A DNA stretch of 25,968 nt. It comes from Bdellovibrionales bacterium. Lineage in GTDB: Bacteria > Bdellovibrionota > Bdellovibrionia > Bdellovibrionales > UBA1609. The DNA is taken from contig JBFWVI010000006.1 in the NCBI GenBank assembly GCA_050246815.1, positions 1 through 25,968 on the forward strand. Reading direction: 5' to 3'. Positions 16,389 through 24,486 of this stretch are shown here, in pieces; the stretch's first letter is position 1; every line of letters begins with the position of its first letter. Below the pieces are notes generated by a model that saw nothing but the letters and a program-made list of their open reading frames with translations, had not been told where the DNA came from and made no database searches. Made by a program: the position numbers and the translations under genes.

Positions 16389-17669
16389 CTACTGAGTGAC
16401 CGAAGTTGTCCAGCCCAAAGTCCAATCTTCTTGTGAACCACTGATTGCGCCGATGTAATCGGCCGGTTCGAAGAATAAATCTTCAAGCATCAAGGCCTTG
16501 CCCAACAAGGGACTTCCACTGCGTGGAATGTAGCCATCCAGCTGCAAATCCTGACTGACCATATTGCCCACTTGCGAATTGAACCAATCGGCAATTGACC
16601 ACACATCGTTTGCTTCTTCCATAAAGGGTTTACTGCAAGCCACCGCGGTGTTGAACATTTTTAGGCCACCGTGGTTAAAGGTCTCTGCATCATCAATATT
16701 GATGCAGCCTTTTGGAAAACCAACCATCGCAACGTTTGCGAAAATACCGGCTGTCCCCCGACGCAGCAACATTCCATATCCTGATTTGGCGCCACCGATC
16801 ATTGTCACGTTGGCGATCACCGGGTTCGAACGTGGCTGCGCATCCATCGGCGATTTCAAATTATCCGCCTCAAAGCCGCTGTCTCCAATGTCATCAGCAT
16901 GGCGAATCACGATGAACTGGGCACGACCAACCCATCCCATGTCCCAGTCAACAGAATCATCGTCGTTGGCCGTTAGAACCAAATGCTTGGCATCCACGGT
17001 CCCACCGAAAAACTCAACCCCGTCATCTGCATTCATGTGAACCTGAATATAATCAACAACCGTGCCGGCACCGACTCCGTTAAATGTGATACCATTTAAT
17101 TCATTGTCAGGAGCAATGGGGTAGCCGCCAAATTCAACGCGGACGTATCGCAGCTCACCGCTATTGTCCTGAGCGTTATTGCCGCCAAATCGCACTTGCT
17201 CTTCTTTGATTCCTTCACTGATCGCCTCACAGACTGGGGTGCCAGCTTTACAGGCATTGATTGGCGCGTTGCCATTGATCACCAAACCGCCCCATTCGCC
17301 ACGCTTGCGCTCAGTTTGCTTGGCCGAAGTGAAAACCACCGGGCGCTCTGCCGTGCCAAGAGCGAAGACTTTCGAACCGCGCATGATCACCAAAAAAGTT
17401 CCTGCATTGGCTAGAATTCTGGTGCCCGCCTGAATTCGAAGAGTCGATGAGTTTTGATTGTCGCCACCAATGTATGTGCCCTGCTCTAAGAGATAGTCGT
17501 TATCCGCAGTGAGAAACAACTCCGTGTTTAAATATTTTTTTTGAGAGAAGGCACACAGGTCCTTGCCGTCAAGCTGCGCACGCTTTGTTGTGCCACTTGG
17601 ACACGCCGCATTTGCGCTCATGGCGCCTGCGGCCAAAAGGGCCAATCCCATCAACTTAAATCTGATCAT
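16389..17669 (-). CDS. Secreted parallel beta-helix protein, acidic motifs, ElpS-like TBDR-associated family
   Basis: 426 aa. Signal peptide; motifs GTAERPVVFTS, GEWGGLVINGNAPIN, DNSGELRYVRVEFGG, DNELNGITFNGVGAGT, DDGVEFFGG, DDDSVDWDMGW, GFEADN and YIGA...DWTLGWT. ATG preceded by AGGAG. Confidence 0.8.
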   Translation of the reverse strand: MIRFKLMGLALLAAGAMSANAACPSGTTKRAQLDGKDLCAFSQKKYLNTELFLTADNDYLLEQGTYIGGDNQNSSTLRIQAGTRILANAGTFLVIMRGSKVFALGTAERPVVFTSAKQTERKRGEWGGLVINGNAPINACKAGTPVCEAISEGIKEEQVRFGGNNAQDNSGELRYVRVEFGGYPIAPDNELNGITFNGVGAGTVVDYIQVHMNADDGVEFFGGTVDAKHLVLTANDDDSVDWDMGWVGRAQFIVIRHADDIGDSGFEADNLKSPMDAQPRSNPVIANVTMIGGAKSGYGMLLRRGTAGIFANVAMVGFPKGCINIDDAETFNHGGLKMFNTAVACSKPFMEEANDVWSIADWFNSQVGNMVSQDLQLDGYIPRSGSPLLGKALMLEDLFFEPADYIGAISGSQEDWTLGWTTSVTQ

Positions 17670-17733
17670 TGTCGTCTCCTGTCGTGAGTTGTGTTTCTGA
17701 ACTCAGCGATATCGCGACTTCGATCAAATGCGT

Positions 17734-17772
17734 AATCAGGACTACGTCAGGCTTATGTCTGGATTTTGTTAG
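17734..17772 (-). promoter_or_regulatory. Four direct repeats with 11-bp period; Pho-box-like / OmpR-PhoB family operator
   Basis: Minus strand reads CTAACA-aaatc-CAGACA-taagc-CTGACG-tagtc-CTGATT, ending 64 nt upstream of the first ATG of the operon. Confidence 0.55.
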
Positions 17773-17775
17773 AGG

Positions 17776-18936
17776 TTAAAAATCTAAACTCATTTCAAGC
17801 ATATAGCGCCGGCTTTCTTTGGGTACGTCGGTGGTGCCGACCTCTTCGCCGTAAGACGCGATGTCCAATTGAAAGATCGCCATGCGCGCGCCGAAGCCGG
17901 CAGTCCAATAGCCCTGGTTCAAACCAATGGCCCAATGCCCCTTCCACCAGTTGAACATCTTCCAATAAAGTTCGGCACCGGCGTGCATTCCCTTTTTCCA
18001 GGTCCAGTTTTCATGCAGCACATCGCGAATATCGAAAGCAAAGTGGGGATCGAACTTCCAAAAGTGCGGCAACTGCCACTTGGTACCGAAGTCAAAACGG
18101 CGCTGAAGCTTGGGTGGCTCGCCAGAATTTTTATCCAAAAAGTGGAAATTGGTGGTGAAGCCATAATCGGCCAGGTTACGGCCCACAATGGCGAACGTGG
18201 GCTTAATAAAGGCGTTCTTGCCAACCCGCGGAGTCCATAAAGCGCCAACATCCAAGTCGACGGTGAAACCTTCATTGGCATCGTCGGTGTCGAACACTTT
18301 GTCGTCATTGGCCAACTCACCGGCTGAAATCGCTTCGCTGACATTCACGCGATGAATCCCTTTAACCGTGACGCCCAAAGAGACCAAATTGCTTTTACCA
18401 AACCATTTGACGTTGCGGGCATAACCGTAAGCCAAAGTGCTGTCCAAGTAGCCGTTCACGTTTAACATTGGGCCGATCTGTTGGTGAACCGCAATGTCGA
18501 TCGAAAGATCCGCCGGAATAAAGGCGATACCCCAATTGGGCCTGACCCACACCGCGCCCAAAGTGGGAATACGGAAATAATAGTGATTTCCATAATTGTT
18601 CTGGATCAGGTCCGTGAGCGCGTCGATTTGTTCGGATTCTGTGGGTTTTTTTGTGGCGGCCTCGATGTCGTCGATCAAAGGCAAATATTGATCGTCCATA
18701 CCGCCACGAAGGAACATGCGCACTTGGCCATCTGTGCGACGGGCAAGGGCTGCGGGGTTGTAAAATAGCGCGCTATGGTCGTCGACCACAGCTGAAAACG
18801 CATTGCCCATGCCCAGCGCGCGAGTGCTGGTGTACTCTTGATGAATGGTGAAGTCCAAGGCTTTCGAAGCCTGGGCTTGCCCGGCTTGAACGATCAATGC
18901 CAACAATCCGATTCCGTACACCAAACGAAGACTCAT
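17776..18936 (-). CDS. Outer-membrane beta-barrel, FadL/PorV/TraF-like family (paralog 3)
   Basis: Signal peptide (..QAGQAQA), STRALGMGNAF...ALFYNPAAL, GLNQGYWTAG...DIASYGEEVG...ESRRY and terminal YMLEMSLDF. ATG 18936 preceded by AGGGG. Confidence 0.85.
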   Translation of the reverse strand: MSLRLVYGIGLLALIVQAGQAQASKALDFTIHQEYTSTRALGMGNAFSAVVDDHSALFYNPAALARRTDGQVRMFLRGGMDDQYLPLIDDIEAATKKPTESEQIDALTDLIQNNYGNHYYFRIPTLGAVWVRPNWGIAFIPADLSIDIAVHQQIGPMLNVNGYLDSTLAYGYARNVKWFGKSNLVSLGVTVKGIHRVNVSEAISAGELANDDKVFDTDDANEGFTVDLDVGALWTPRVGKNAFIKPTFAIVGRNLADYGFTTNFHFLDKNSGEPPKLQRRFDFGTKWQLPHFWKFDPHFAFDIRDVLHENWTWKKGMHAGAELYWKMFNWWKGHWAIGLNQGYWTAGFGARMAIFQLDIASYGEEVGTTDVPKESRRYMLEMSLDF

Positions 18937-19004
18937 TTTGTTTGCCCCTTGCATACGATCAACAATAAAATTGTATATGCGCAAAGGCGAACGGCGGTAT
19001 ATTT

Positions 19005-19655
19005 ATGTCGATGCAAGTCTGGGTTCGAATTCAATTATTGACGTTAGTCTTAACACTGCTTGCCACAAATGCGCTGGCCACAACACCTGACAAAACCGAG
19101 GCGCCCCTGTCAAAACCTGGCCATGTGACGCCACCTCCACCCGCTCCAGGCGATGGACGGGAGCTCGATGAATACAATTTGTTGTCCACGCCACCTGCCT
19201 TACCACTGCCGCCTGAAGCGCGTGAAACCCATTACTATCCCTTTCGTCAGGCCCTGTCCCCTCGTCTAGGAGCGGTGATCACCAACGATGAAGATCATCA
19301 ATTCGAGTATTTGTTGGGCATCAGTTACTTGTGGCCACGCTATCGTCAACCCCAAGCGGAATTGGGCGTCGACTTGCTGTCAGGCCTGGGTGGCCACTTG
19401 AATTTTGGTGTTCGACATATTTTTTTCGAACGAAACTACTTTCGACCTTATTTCTTGTGGGGTCTTACTCACGAGGTCGTGCCCGAAGATCGCTTGGCCA
19501 CCATCACCAACATTGATAACTACTATCTGCGCATTGCCGTGGGCATGGAGGACACTTTAGAATTGCCCAAAAGTGTTCGTTTGGAACTTGAAGGGCAGCT
19601 GGGCATTGATAAATATCTTTTATTGTTATGCCTGGGGTACACTTGGGGTTTCTAA
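19005..19655 (+). CDS. Small outer-membrane beta-barrel-like protein with Pro-rich N-terminal linker
   Basis: 216 aa. Signal peptide (..ATNALA), TPPPPAP linker, amphipathic strands (RPYFLWGLTH, VRLELEGQLG) and terminal LGYTWGF. Confidence 0.7.
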   Translation: MSMQVWVRIQLLTLVLTLLATNALATTPDKTEAPLSKPGHVTPPPPAPGDGRELDEYNLLSTPPALPLPPEARETHYYPFRQALSPRLGAVITNDEDHQFEYLLGISYLWPRYRQPQAELGVDLLSGLGGHLNFGVRHIFFERNYFRPYFLWGLTHEVVPEDRLATITNIDNYYLRIAVGMEDTLELPKSVRLELEGQLGIDKYLLLLCLGYTWGF

Positions 19656-20248
19656 AGTCCCTCGAGCTTATTGACCAACTCACCCACTTGCATTTTCAGA
19701 TCAGCTAAGGAGCCATGGTTTCGCACCACAAAATCGGCCTGTTTTGTTTTTTCCGCCAATGGCATTTGACTGTTCAAACGCTGTAAGACCTGTTTGCGGC
19801 CCCAGCCTTCACGGGCCATGGTGCGGCTGATCTGCAACTCCTCGGGCGCATCGACCACCACGATCTTGGCAAAACGTTTTTGCATGTTCTTTTCGAACAA
19901 CAGCGGCACATCGTAAAAAGCCACTTTTTCGCCACGGTTTTCAGCCGCCAGACGCCGCTCCTCGGTCAACCGGCCCACCACGGGATGAACGATGGCCTCC
20001 AATTTTTTCAAGGCCTCGGCGTCTTTAAAAACCAAATCCGCTAGTTTTTTACGGTCCAGTTCGCCATTTGGTTTTTGAAAATGTGAGCCGAATTGGTGCA
20101 AGACCTTGGTCAAGCCTTCTGAATTTGGACCAACGGCCAGGCGAGCCATTTCATCGGCATCGACGACGGTGTATCCAAGTTCTCGTAGTAATTTCGCGAC
20201 GGTGGATTTGCCAGAACCCAAACCGCCCGTCAAACCAATCCACAGCAT
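19652..20248 (-). CDS. coaE: Dephospho-CoA kinase
   Basis: IGLTGGLGSGKSTVA, VVDADEMAR, LDRKKLADLVF, LEAIVHP, DVPLLFE, ADFVVRN. Confidence 0.96.
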   Translation of the reverse strand: MLWIGLTGGLGSGKSTVAKLLRELGYTVVDADEMARLAVGPNSEGLTKVLHQFGSHFQKPNGELDRKKLADLVFKDAEALKKLEAIVHPVVGRLTEERRLAAENRGEKVAFYDVPLLFEKNMQKRFAKIVVVDAPEELQISRTMAREGWGRKQVLQRLNSQMPLAEKTKQADFVVRNHGSLADLKMQVGELVNKLEGL

Positions 20249-20282
20249 ACAAGGCTGACCTTAGCCCAGGGCGCTTTTGACA

Positions 20283-20310
20283 TCAAGCATGCGCCGCAAA
20301 ATGCCGAGAT
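20283..20310 (+). promoter_or_regulatory. Possible sigma28 (FliA) promoter upstream of the kinase gene
   Basis: TCAAGCAT-N12-GCCGAGAT versus consensus TAAAGTTT-N11-GCCGATAA. Imperfect match. Confidence 0.3.
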
Positions 20311-20315
20311 AAATT

Positions 20316-22691
20316 ATGGAAACTCTTAATCATATCGGACGTAGTGTGACCCAACGGTTTGAACAGTTCGGTAAATATTTATTGCTTGAAAAGTTGGCCA
20401 CTGGTGGCATGGCCGAAGTGTTCTTGGCGCGCGCCAGTGCCGCCAGCGGCATCAGCAAATTTGTCGCGATCAAGCGCATTTTGCCCCAATATGCCGAAAG
20501 CCCCGAGTTCATTGACATGTTCAAAGACGAAGCCAAGATCGCCGTGAACTTGGGCCACAGCAACATCGTTTCGATTTATGATTTCGGCGTGCAGTCCAAT
20601 CAGTTCTACCTGGTTATGGACTATGTCGAAGGCCGTAACCTTCGCCAAATCCTGAACAAAGTCAAAAAATCCAACCTGCGCTTAAGCATCGACCAGGTCA
20701 TCTACGTGATCAAAGAGATCGCCAGCGGGCTGGATCACGCTCACCGCTGCTTAGATGGAACCACGGGCAAACCGCTCAACATCACTCACCGAGACATGAG
20801 TCCGCAAAACGTGATGATCAGCTTCGAAGGCGAAGTCAAAATCGTCGACTTTGGTATCGCCAAGGCCGAAAGCCAGATGGAAACCACCCGGGCCGGCACC
20901 TTAAAGGGCAAATTCGGCTACATGAGCCCCGAACAAGCCGAAGGCCAAACCGTTGATCTGCGCACGGACATTTTCTCACTGGGCATTGTCCTTTGGGAGT
21001 TGCTTGCCAATGATCGCCTGTTTATCGCCAGCAACGAACTGAATACGCTTCGCAAAATTCGTGACTGCCAAGTTCCCTCTTTGCGAAAAATCAACCCCAA
21101 CATCCCCGTTGAACTTGAGCGCATCACCATGAAGGCGCTGGCTCGTGATCGCAACCTACGCTATCAAACCGCCGCGGCTATGCATCGCGATTTAAATCGT
21201 TTCTTGAATCGCCACTACCCCGAATTTTCGCCGCAGGATTTTGCCGGCTTCATCAAAAGCCAGTTCCAAGATGAGATCTTCTCGACCCGTCAACGCTTGG
21301 TGGATTATTCGAAGATCCCGACTCAAGAAGAAGGCAAAGCAAATCCCTTGGCTTCGCCCATGATGCAAGTTCCTGCCATGTCGATTGAAAAAGGCACCAG
21401 CACGGGCACTGGTACGGCCAGCAATCAAACCGGCTCTTATGTCACGGGTGAATCCGACGAAGTCTCAGAAGGCTACACACCGACCAACACCGGTCCCGTA
21501 CCCAATCCCAGTCACGGCAACATCATGCCACCTGAATCTTTTGCCAATCAGCCGAACACATCCGCCCGTGGCTCTGCCGCCAACATCAAAGCGCCGGTGG
21601 GCAATGATGAAGCGACTCGCGTGGCCTCGGCAGCCCCGCCCCAAACAGGCCCGCTCGAACTGCGCCTGGATGAAAAAGCCTTGGGCCGCGAAATGCGCCG
21701 CGCGCGCCACAGCGACTCCAGCATTTATGGGTTGCAAACAGAAGAAGTCAGCTCACCCAGCATTCGTGGTCGAACCAGTGGCGGCACCCCCTTGCGCAGC
21801 AGTCGCTCACGCCGACGCAAAAAGAAGCTGATCCCCGCACAAGCGGTGAATATCGCCATGAGTTTGTTCATAGGCATTGGCTTTTACACTTATTTGGCTA
21901 AGTACCAAACCTCGCTCGTCTTGCCGATGATCGTCGCGCTGGACCCTTATTTGCGCCCCTTCCACAGCTTGGTCGGTATTTACGAGGGGCACAACTCTTC
22001 CGGCAGCACTCGTGGAGCTCCTCAAAATCCACCTCCCACTCCACCGCCGACAGAACCCAGCGTGGCTTTGCCCGATTTGCCAGCTCCCGTGCTGCCCGTG
22101 GAGCCTGCGCCTGCGTTACCGCCGCCTGAAAAACTCACCGGCAAACCGAAAGAGCCCGTCCAAGCGGCAGGTTCAGATGAAGATCCAGCGCCGCTAAGCA
22201 GCAGCGAGCCCAAAGATTCGTTGTTGATCACAAGCACGCCTTCGGGCGCAGAAATTTTCGTCAATGGTCGTCCTTCGGGCTCATTGACTCCAAGCCGAGT
22301 GGACATCCCAACCAGCCGCGAATTTTCGATCACCTTGCGTCGCATGGGTTACTTGGACTATCGCCGCACCAGTCTGCGCCGCGACCAATTGGGCAGCCGC
22401 CTTAGTGGCACCTTGCAACCTGCGTTGGTGGGCTATTTGGACATAGACGTCATCCCACCGCAAAATGCCCGCGTCTATATCAATGGCCGTCTGCTCAAAG
22501 GTGAACATCTGCCTATCAGTGGCTATGCGGTTCCGGCTGAAACCTCGGTTATGATCAAAGCTGAAGACCCGGTCACCCAACAAACCGCCCAGCAGCTGGT
22601 GCGGGTTCCCAAAGACCGTCGTGTGCCCGTCTTGCTCGATTTACGACGTTCGAACCCAAAAAACGATAGACAACCCTCACGTAACCGATAA
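20316..22691 (+). CDS. Hanks-type membrane Ser/Thr protein kinase with C-terminal PEGA-like domain(s)
   Basis: GGMAEVF, VAIKRI, HRDMSPQN, DFGIAK, GKFGYMSPEQ, DIFSLG; low-complexity linker, RRRKKK, TM segment, Pro-rich linker, ITSTPSGAEIFVNG. Alternative start GTG 20346. Confidence 0.93.
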   Translation: METLNHIGRSVTQRFEQFGKYLLLEKLATGGMAEVFLARASAASGISKFVAIKRILPQYAESPEFIDMFKDEAKIAVNLGHSNIVSIYDFGVQSNQFYLVMDYVEGRNLRQILNKVKKSNLRLSIDQVIYVIKEIASGLDHAHRCLDGTTGKPLNITHRDMSPQNVMISFEGEVKIVDFGIAKAESQMETTRAGTLKGKFGYMSPEQAEGQTVDLRTDIFSLGIVLWELLANDRLFIASNELNTLRKIRDCQVPSLRKINPNIPVELERITMKALARDRNLRYQTAAAMHRDLNRFLNRHYPEFSPQDFAGFIKSQFQDEIFSTRQRLVDYSKIPTQEEGKANPLASPMMQVPAMSIEKGTSTGTGTASNQTGSYVTGESDEVSEGYTPTNTGPVPNPSHGNIMPPESFANQPNTSARGSAANIKAPVGNDEATRVASAAPPQTGPLELRLDEKALGREMRRARHSDSSIYGLQTEEVSSPSIRGRTSGGTPLRSSRSRRRKKKLIPAQAVNIAMSLFIGIGFYTYLAKYQTSLVLPMIVALDPYLRPFHSLVGIYEGHNSSGSTRGAPQNPPPTPPPTEPSVALPDLPAPVLPVEPAPALPPPEKLTGKPKEPVQAAGSDEDPAPLSSSEPKDSLLITSTPSGAEIFVNGRPSGSLTPSRVDIPTSREFSITLRRMGYLDYRRTSLRRDQLGSRLSGTLQPALVGYLDIDVIPPQNARVYINGRLLKGEHLPISGYAVPAETSVMIKAEDPVTQQTAQQLVRVPKDRRVPVLLDLRRSNPKNDRQPSRNR

Positions 22692-22702
22692 ATTCCCCAG
22701 TT

Positions 22703-24481
22703 GTGAACTCAAGCACGATCACCCAGATTTTAGCCAAAGCCCGTCAACGTCCCCGCGATTGGACCGCACTACGCTATCGCCGCCGCGATCATTGGCTCAA
22801 CATCAACTGGGGTGAACTTTACCGGCTTTGCGAAACACTGGCGGCCGCCTTGGCCAGCTGCGGAGTCAAACCTGGAGACCGTGTCGCACTGATGAGTGAA
22901 ACTCGCTATGAATGGCTGGTGGCTGACTTCGCCATCATGGGCATGGGTGCCGTCAACGTGCCAATCTATCAAAGCCAGCGGGCCGAAGAAGTGGCCTACA
23001 TCCTGAAGGATTCAAAAGCATCGTGCCTTTTGCTCGAGGACTACAATCAGTGGCTGAAGTGGGTGCAGGTCAAAGATCAGTGTCCCGACGTAAAAGTGGT
23101 GGCCCTGATCGATGGTCATCACGAACTGCCTGAGGGGCCTTTGACTTGGGACGATTTACTGGAACATGGCACAGAGTATTTGAAAGACCACCCGCATTTT
23201 TATGAGCAGGCGATCTCACGCCAGACCGGCGCAGACTTGGCCTCCTTGGTCTACACCTCTGGCACCACCGGTGAACCCAAGGGAGTGGTGCTGACCCACC
23301 ATCAAATTACCAGTGAAGTGCAAAGCGTGTTGCAAAATATCCCCCTGACCGAAAAAGACACCAGCCTGGCATTTTTGCCGTTTGCCCACGTCTTGGGGCG
23401 AATCGAGGGCTGGTGTGCGGTGACTGCAGGCTTCACTGTGGCTTTTGCCGAAAACATCGATCGCTTACGTAACAATCTGGTTGAAATCAAACCGACGGTT
23501 CTGATTGCCGTGCCTAGAATTTTTGAAAAGCTGCACATGGCGATCATCACCCAGGTGCAGGCGAACCCAATTTTACACAAACTTTTTGCGTGGGCACTTG
23601 AGATCGGGAAAATGGTCAGCCGCCACAAACAAAATGGCCAGACGGTGCCGATGTCCTTGCTGGCCCAACATGCCATGGCCGATCGTTTGGTCTTTCAACC
23701 TCTGCAGAAAAAATTGGGGGGCCGACTGCGTTTTGCGGTCAGTGGTGGTGCCCCGTTGGCGACAGAAATCAGCGAGTTTTTCCACGCCATCGGCATTTTA
23801 ATTCTAGAAGGCTATGGCCTGACCGAAACCACTGCGGCCATCACGGCCAACACTCCCTTGCACTATCGTTTCGGAACCGTGGGACGCCCATTGCCCGGGG
23901 TCGACCTAAAGCTGGCCCCGGATGGTGAAATCATGGTCAAAGCCGGGCAAGTGACTCCTGGTTATCATGGTTTGCCTGACGCCACCGCCGAAGCATTGAA
24001 AGACGGCTACTTTTACACCGGCGATATCGGCGAAATTGATGCGGATGGATTTTTAAGAATCACCGACCGCAAAAAAGATCTTATCAAAACGGCAGGTGGC
24101 AAATACGTGGCCCCGCAAAAACTGGAAAATTTGCTTAAGATGAGCCCCTATATCTCGCAGGTGCTGATCCATGGTGATCAGGAAAAATACATCGTGGCTG
24201 TTTTGACTTTGAATGCAGAGAAGATTGTCGACTATGCCAAGAAGAATGAAATCTCTTATCAAGATTACGGCATGCTTTGCCAGCATCCCCAGGTCAAAGC
24301 ATTGGTTCGCGGCGCCGTCGCCGAGGTCAATGCCCAGCTGTCGGGCTTTGAAACCATCAAAAATTTTGCGATTTTACCCCGCGAATTCACCATTGAAGCT
24401 GGCGAAATCACGCCCTCACTCAAGGTAAAACGAAAATTCTGCAGCGAAAAATACCGCGACCTGATCGCCAGTCTGTACTAG
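22703..24481 (+). CDS. fadD: Long-chain-fatty-acid--CoA ligase (AMP-dependent synthetase, FAA1/FadD15 type)
   Basis: YTSGTTGEPKGV, FLPFAHV, SGGAPL, EGYGLTET, TGDIG, ITDRKKDLIKTAGGKYVAPQKLE, GEITPSLKVKR. Confidence 0.92.
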   Translation: MNSSTITQILAKARQRPRDWTALRYRRRDHWLNINWGELYRLCETLAAALASCGVKPGDRVALMSETRYEWLVADFAIMGMGAVNVPIYQSQRAEEVAYILKDSKASCLLLEDYNQWLKWVQVKDQCPDVKVVALIDGHHELPEGPLTWDDLLEHGTEYLKDHPHFYEQAISRQTGADLASLVYTSGTTGEPKGVVLTHHQITSEVQSVLQNIPLTEKDTSLAFLPFAHVLGRIEGWCAVTAGFTVAFAENIDRLRNNLVEIKPTVLIAVPRIFEKLHMAIITQVQANPILHKLFAWALEIGKMVSRHKQNGQTVPMSLLAQHAMADRLVFQPLQKKLGGRLRFAVSGGAPLATEISEFFHAIGILILEGYGLTETTAAITANTPLHYRFGTVGRPLPGVDLKLAPDGEIMVKAGQVTPGYHGLPDATAEALKDGYFYTGDIGEIDADGFLRITDRKKDLIKTAGGKYVAPQKLENLLKMSPYISQVLIHGDQEKYIVAVLTLNAEKIVDYAKKNEISYQDYGMLCQHPQVKALVRGAVAEVNAQLSGFETIKNFAILPREFTIEAGEITPSLKVKRKFCSEKYRDLIASLY

Positions 24482-24486
24482 CTGCT

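Noticed and set aside
14066..17433. Plus-strand ORFs opposite the TBDR and beta-helix genes (e.g. 16564..17040)
   Set aside because: They lie fully antisense to well-supported genes and have no recognisable motifs or RBS.
17706..17715. Perfect 10-bp palindrome GCGATATCGC upstream of the operon
   Set aside because: Too short to distinguish from chance, with no loop or U-tract and no second copy noticed.
8608..17787. ATCTAA at both ends of the TonB operon (8608-8613 and 17782-17787) as a target-site duplication
   Set aside because: Only 6 bp. The right copy lies inside the last codons of barrel 3, and excision between the copies would destroy its terminal LDF-stop, so chance is more likely.
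4580..18936. Conjugative element suggested by TraF-like barrels
   Set aside because: No relaxase, coupling protein, VirB4, pilin or integrase is present; the flanks are housekeeping genes (addAB, coaE, fadD).
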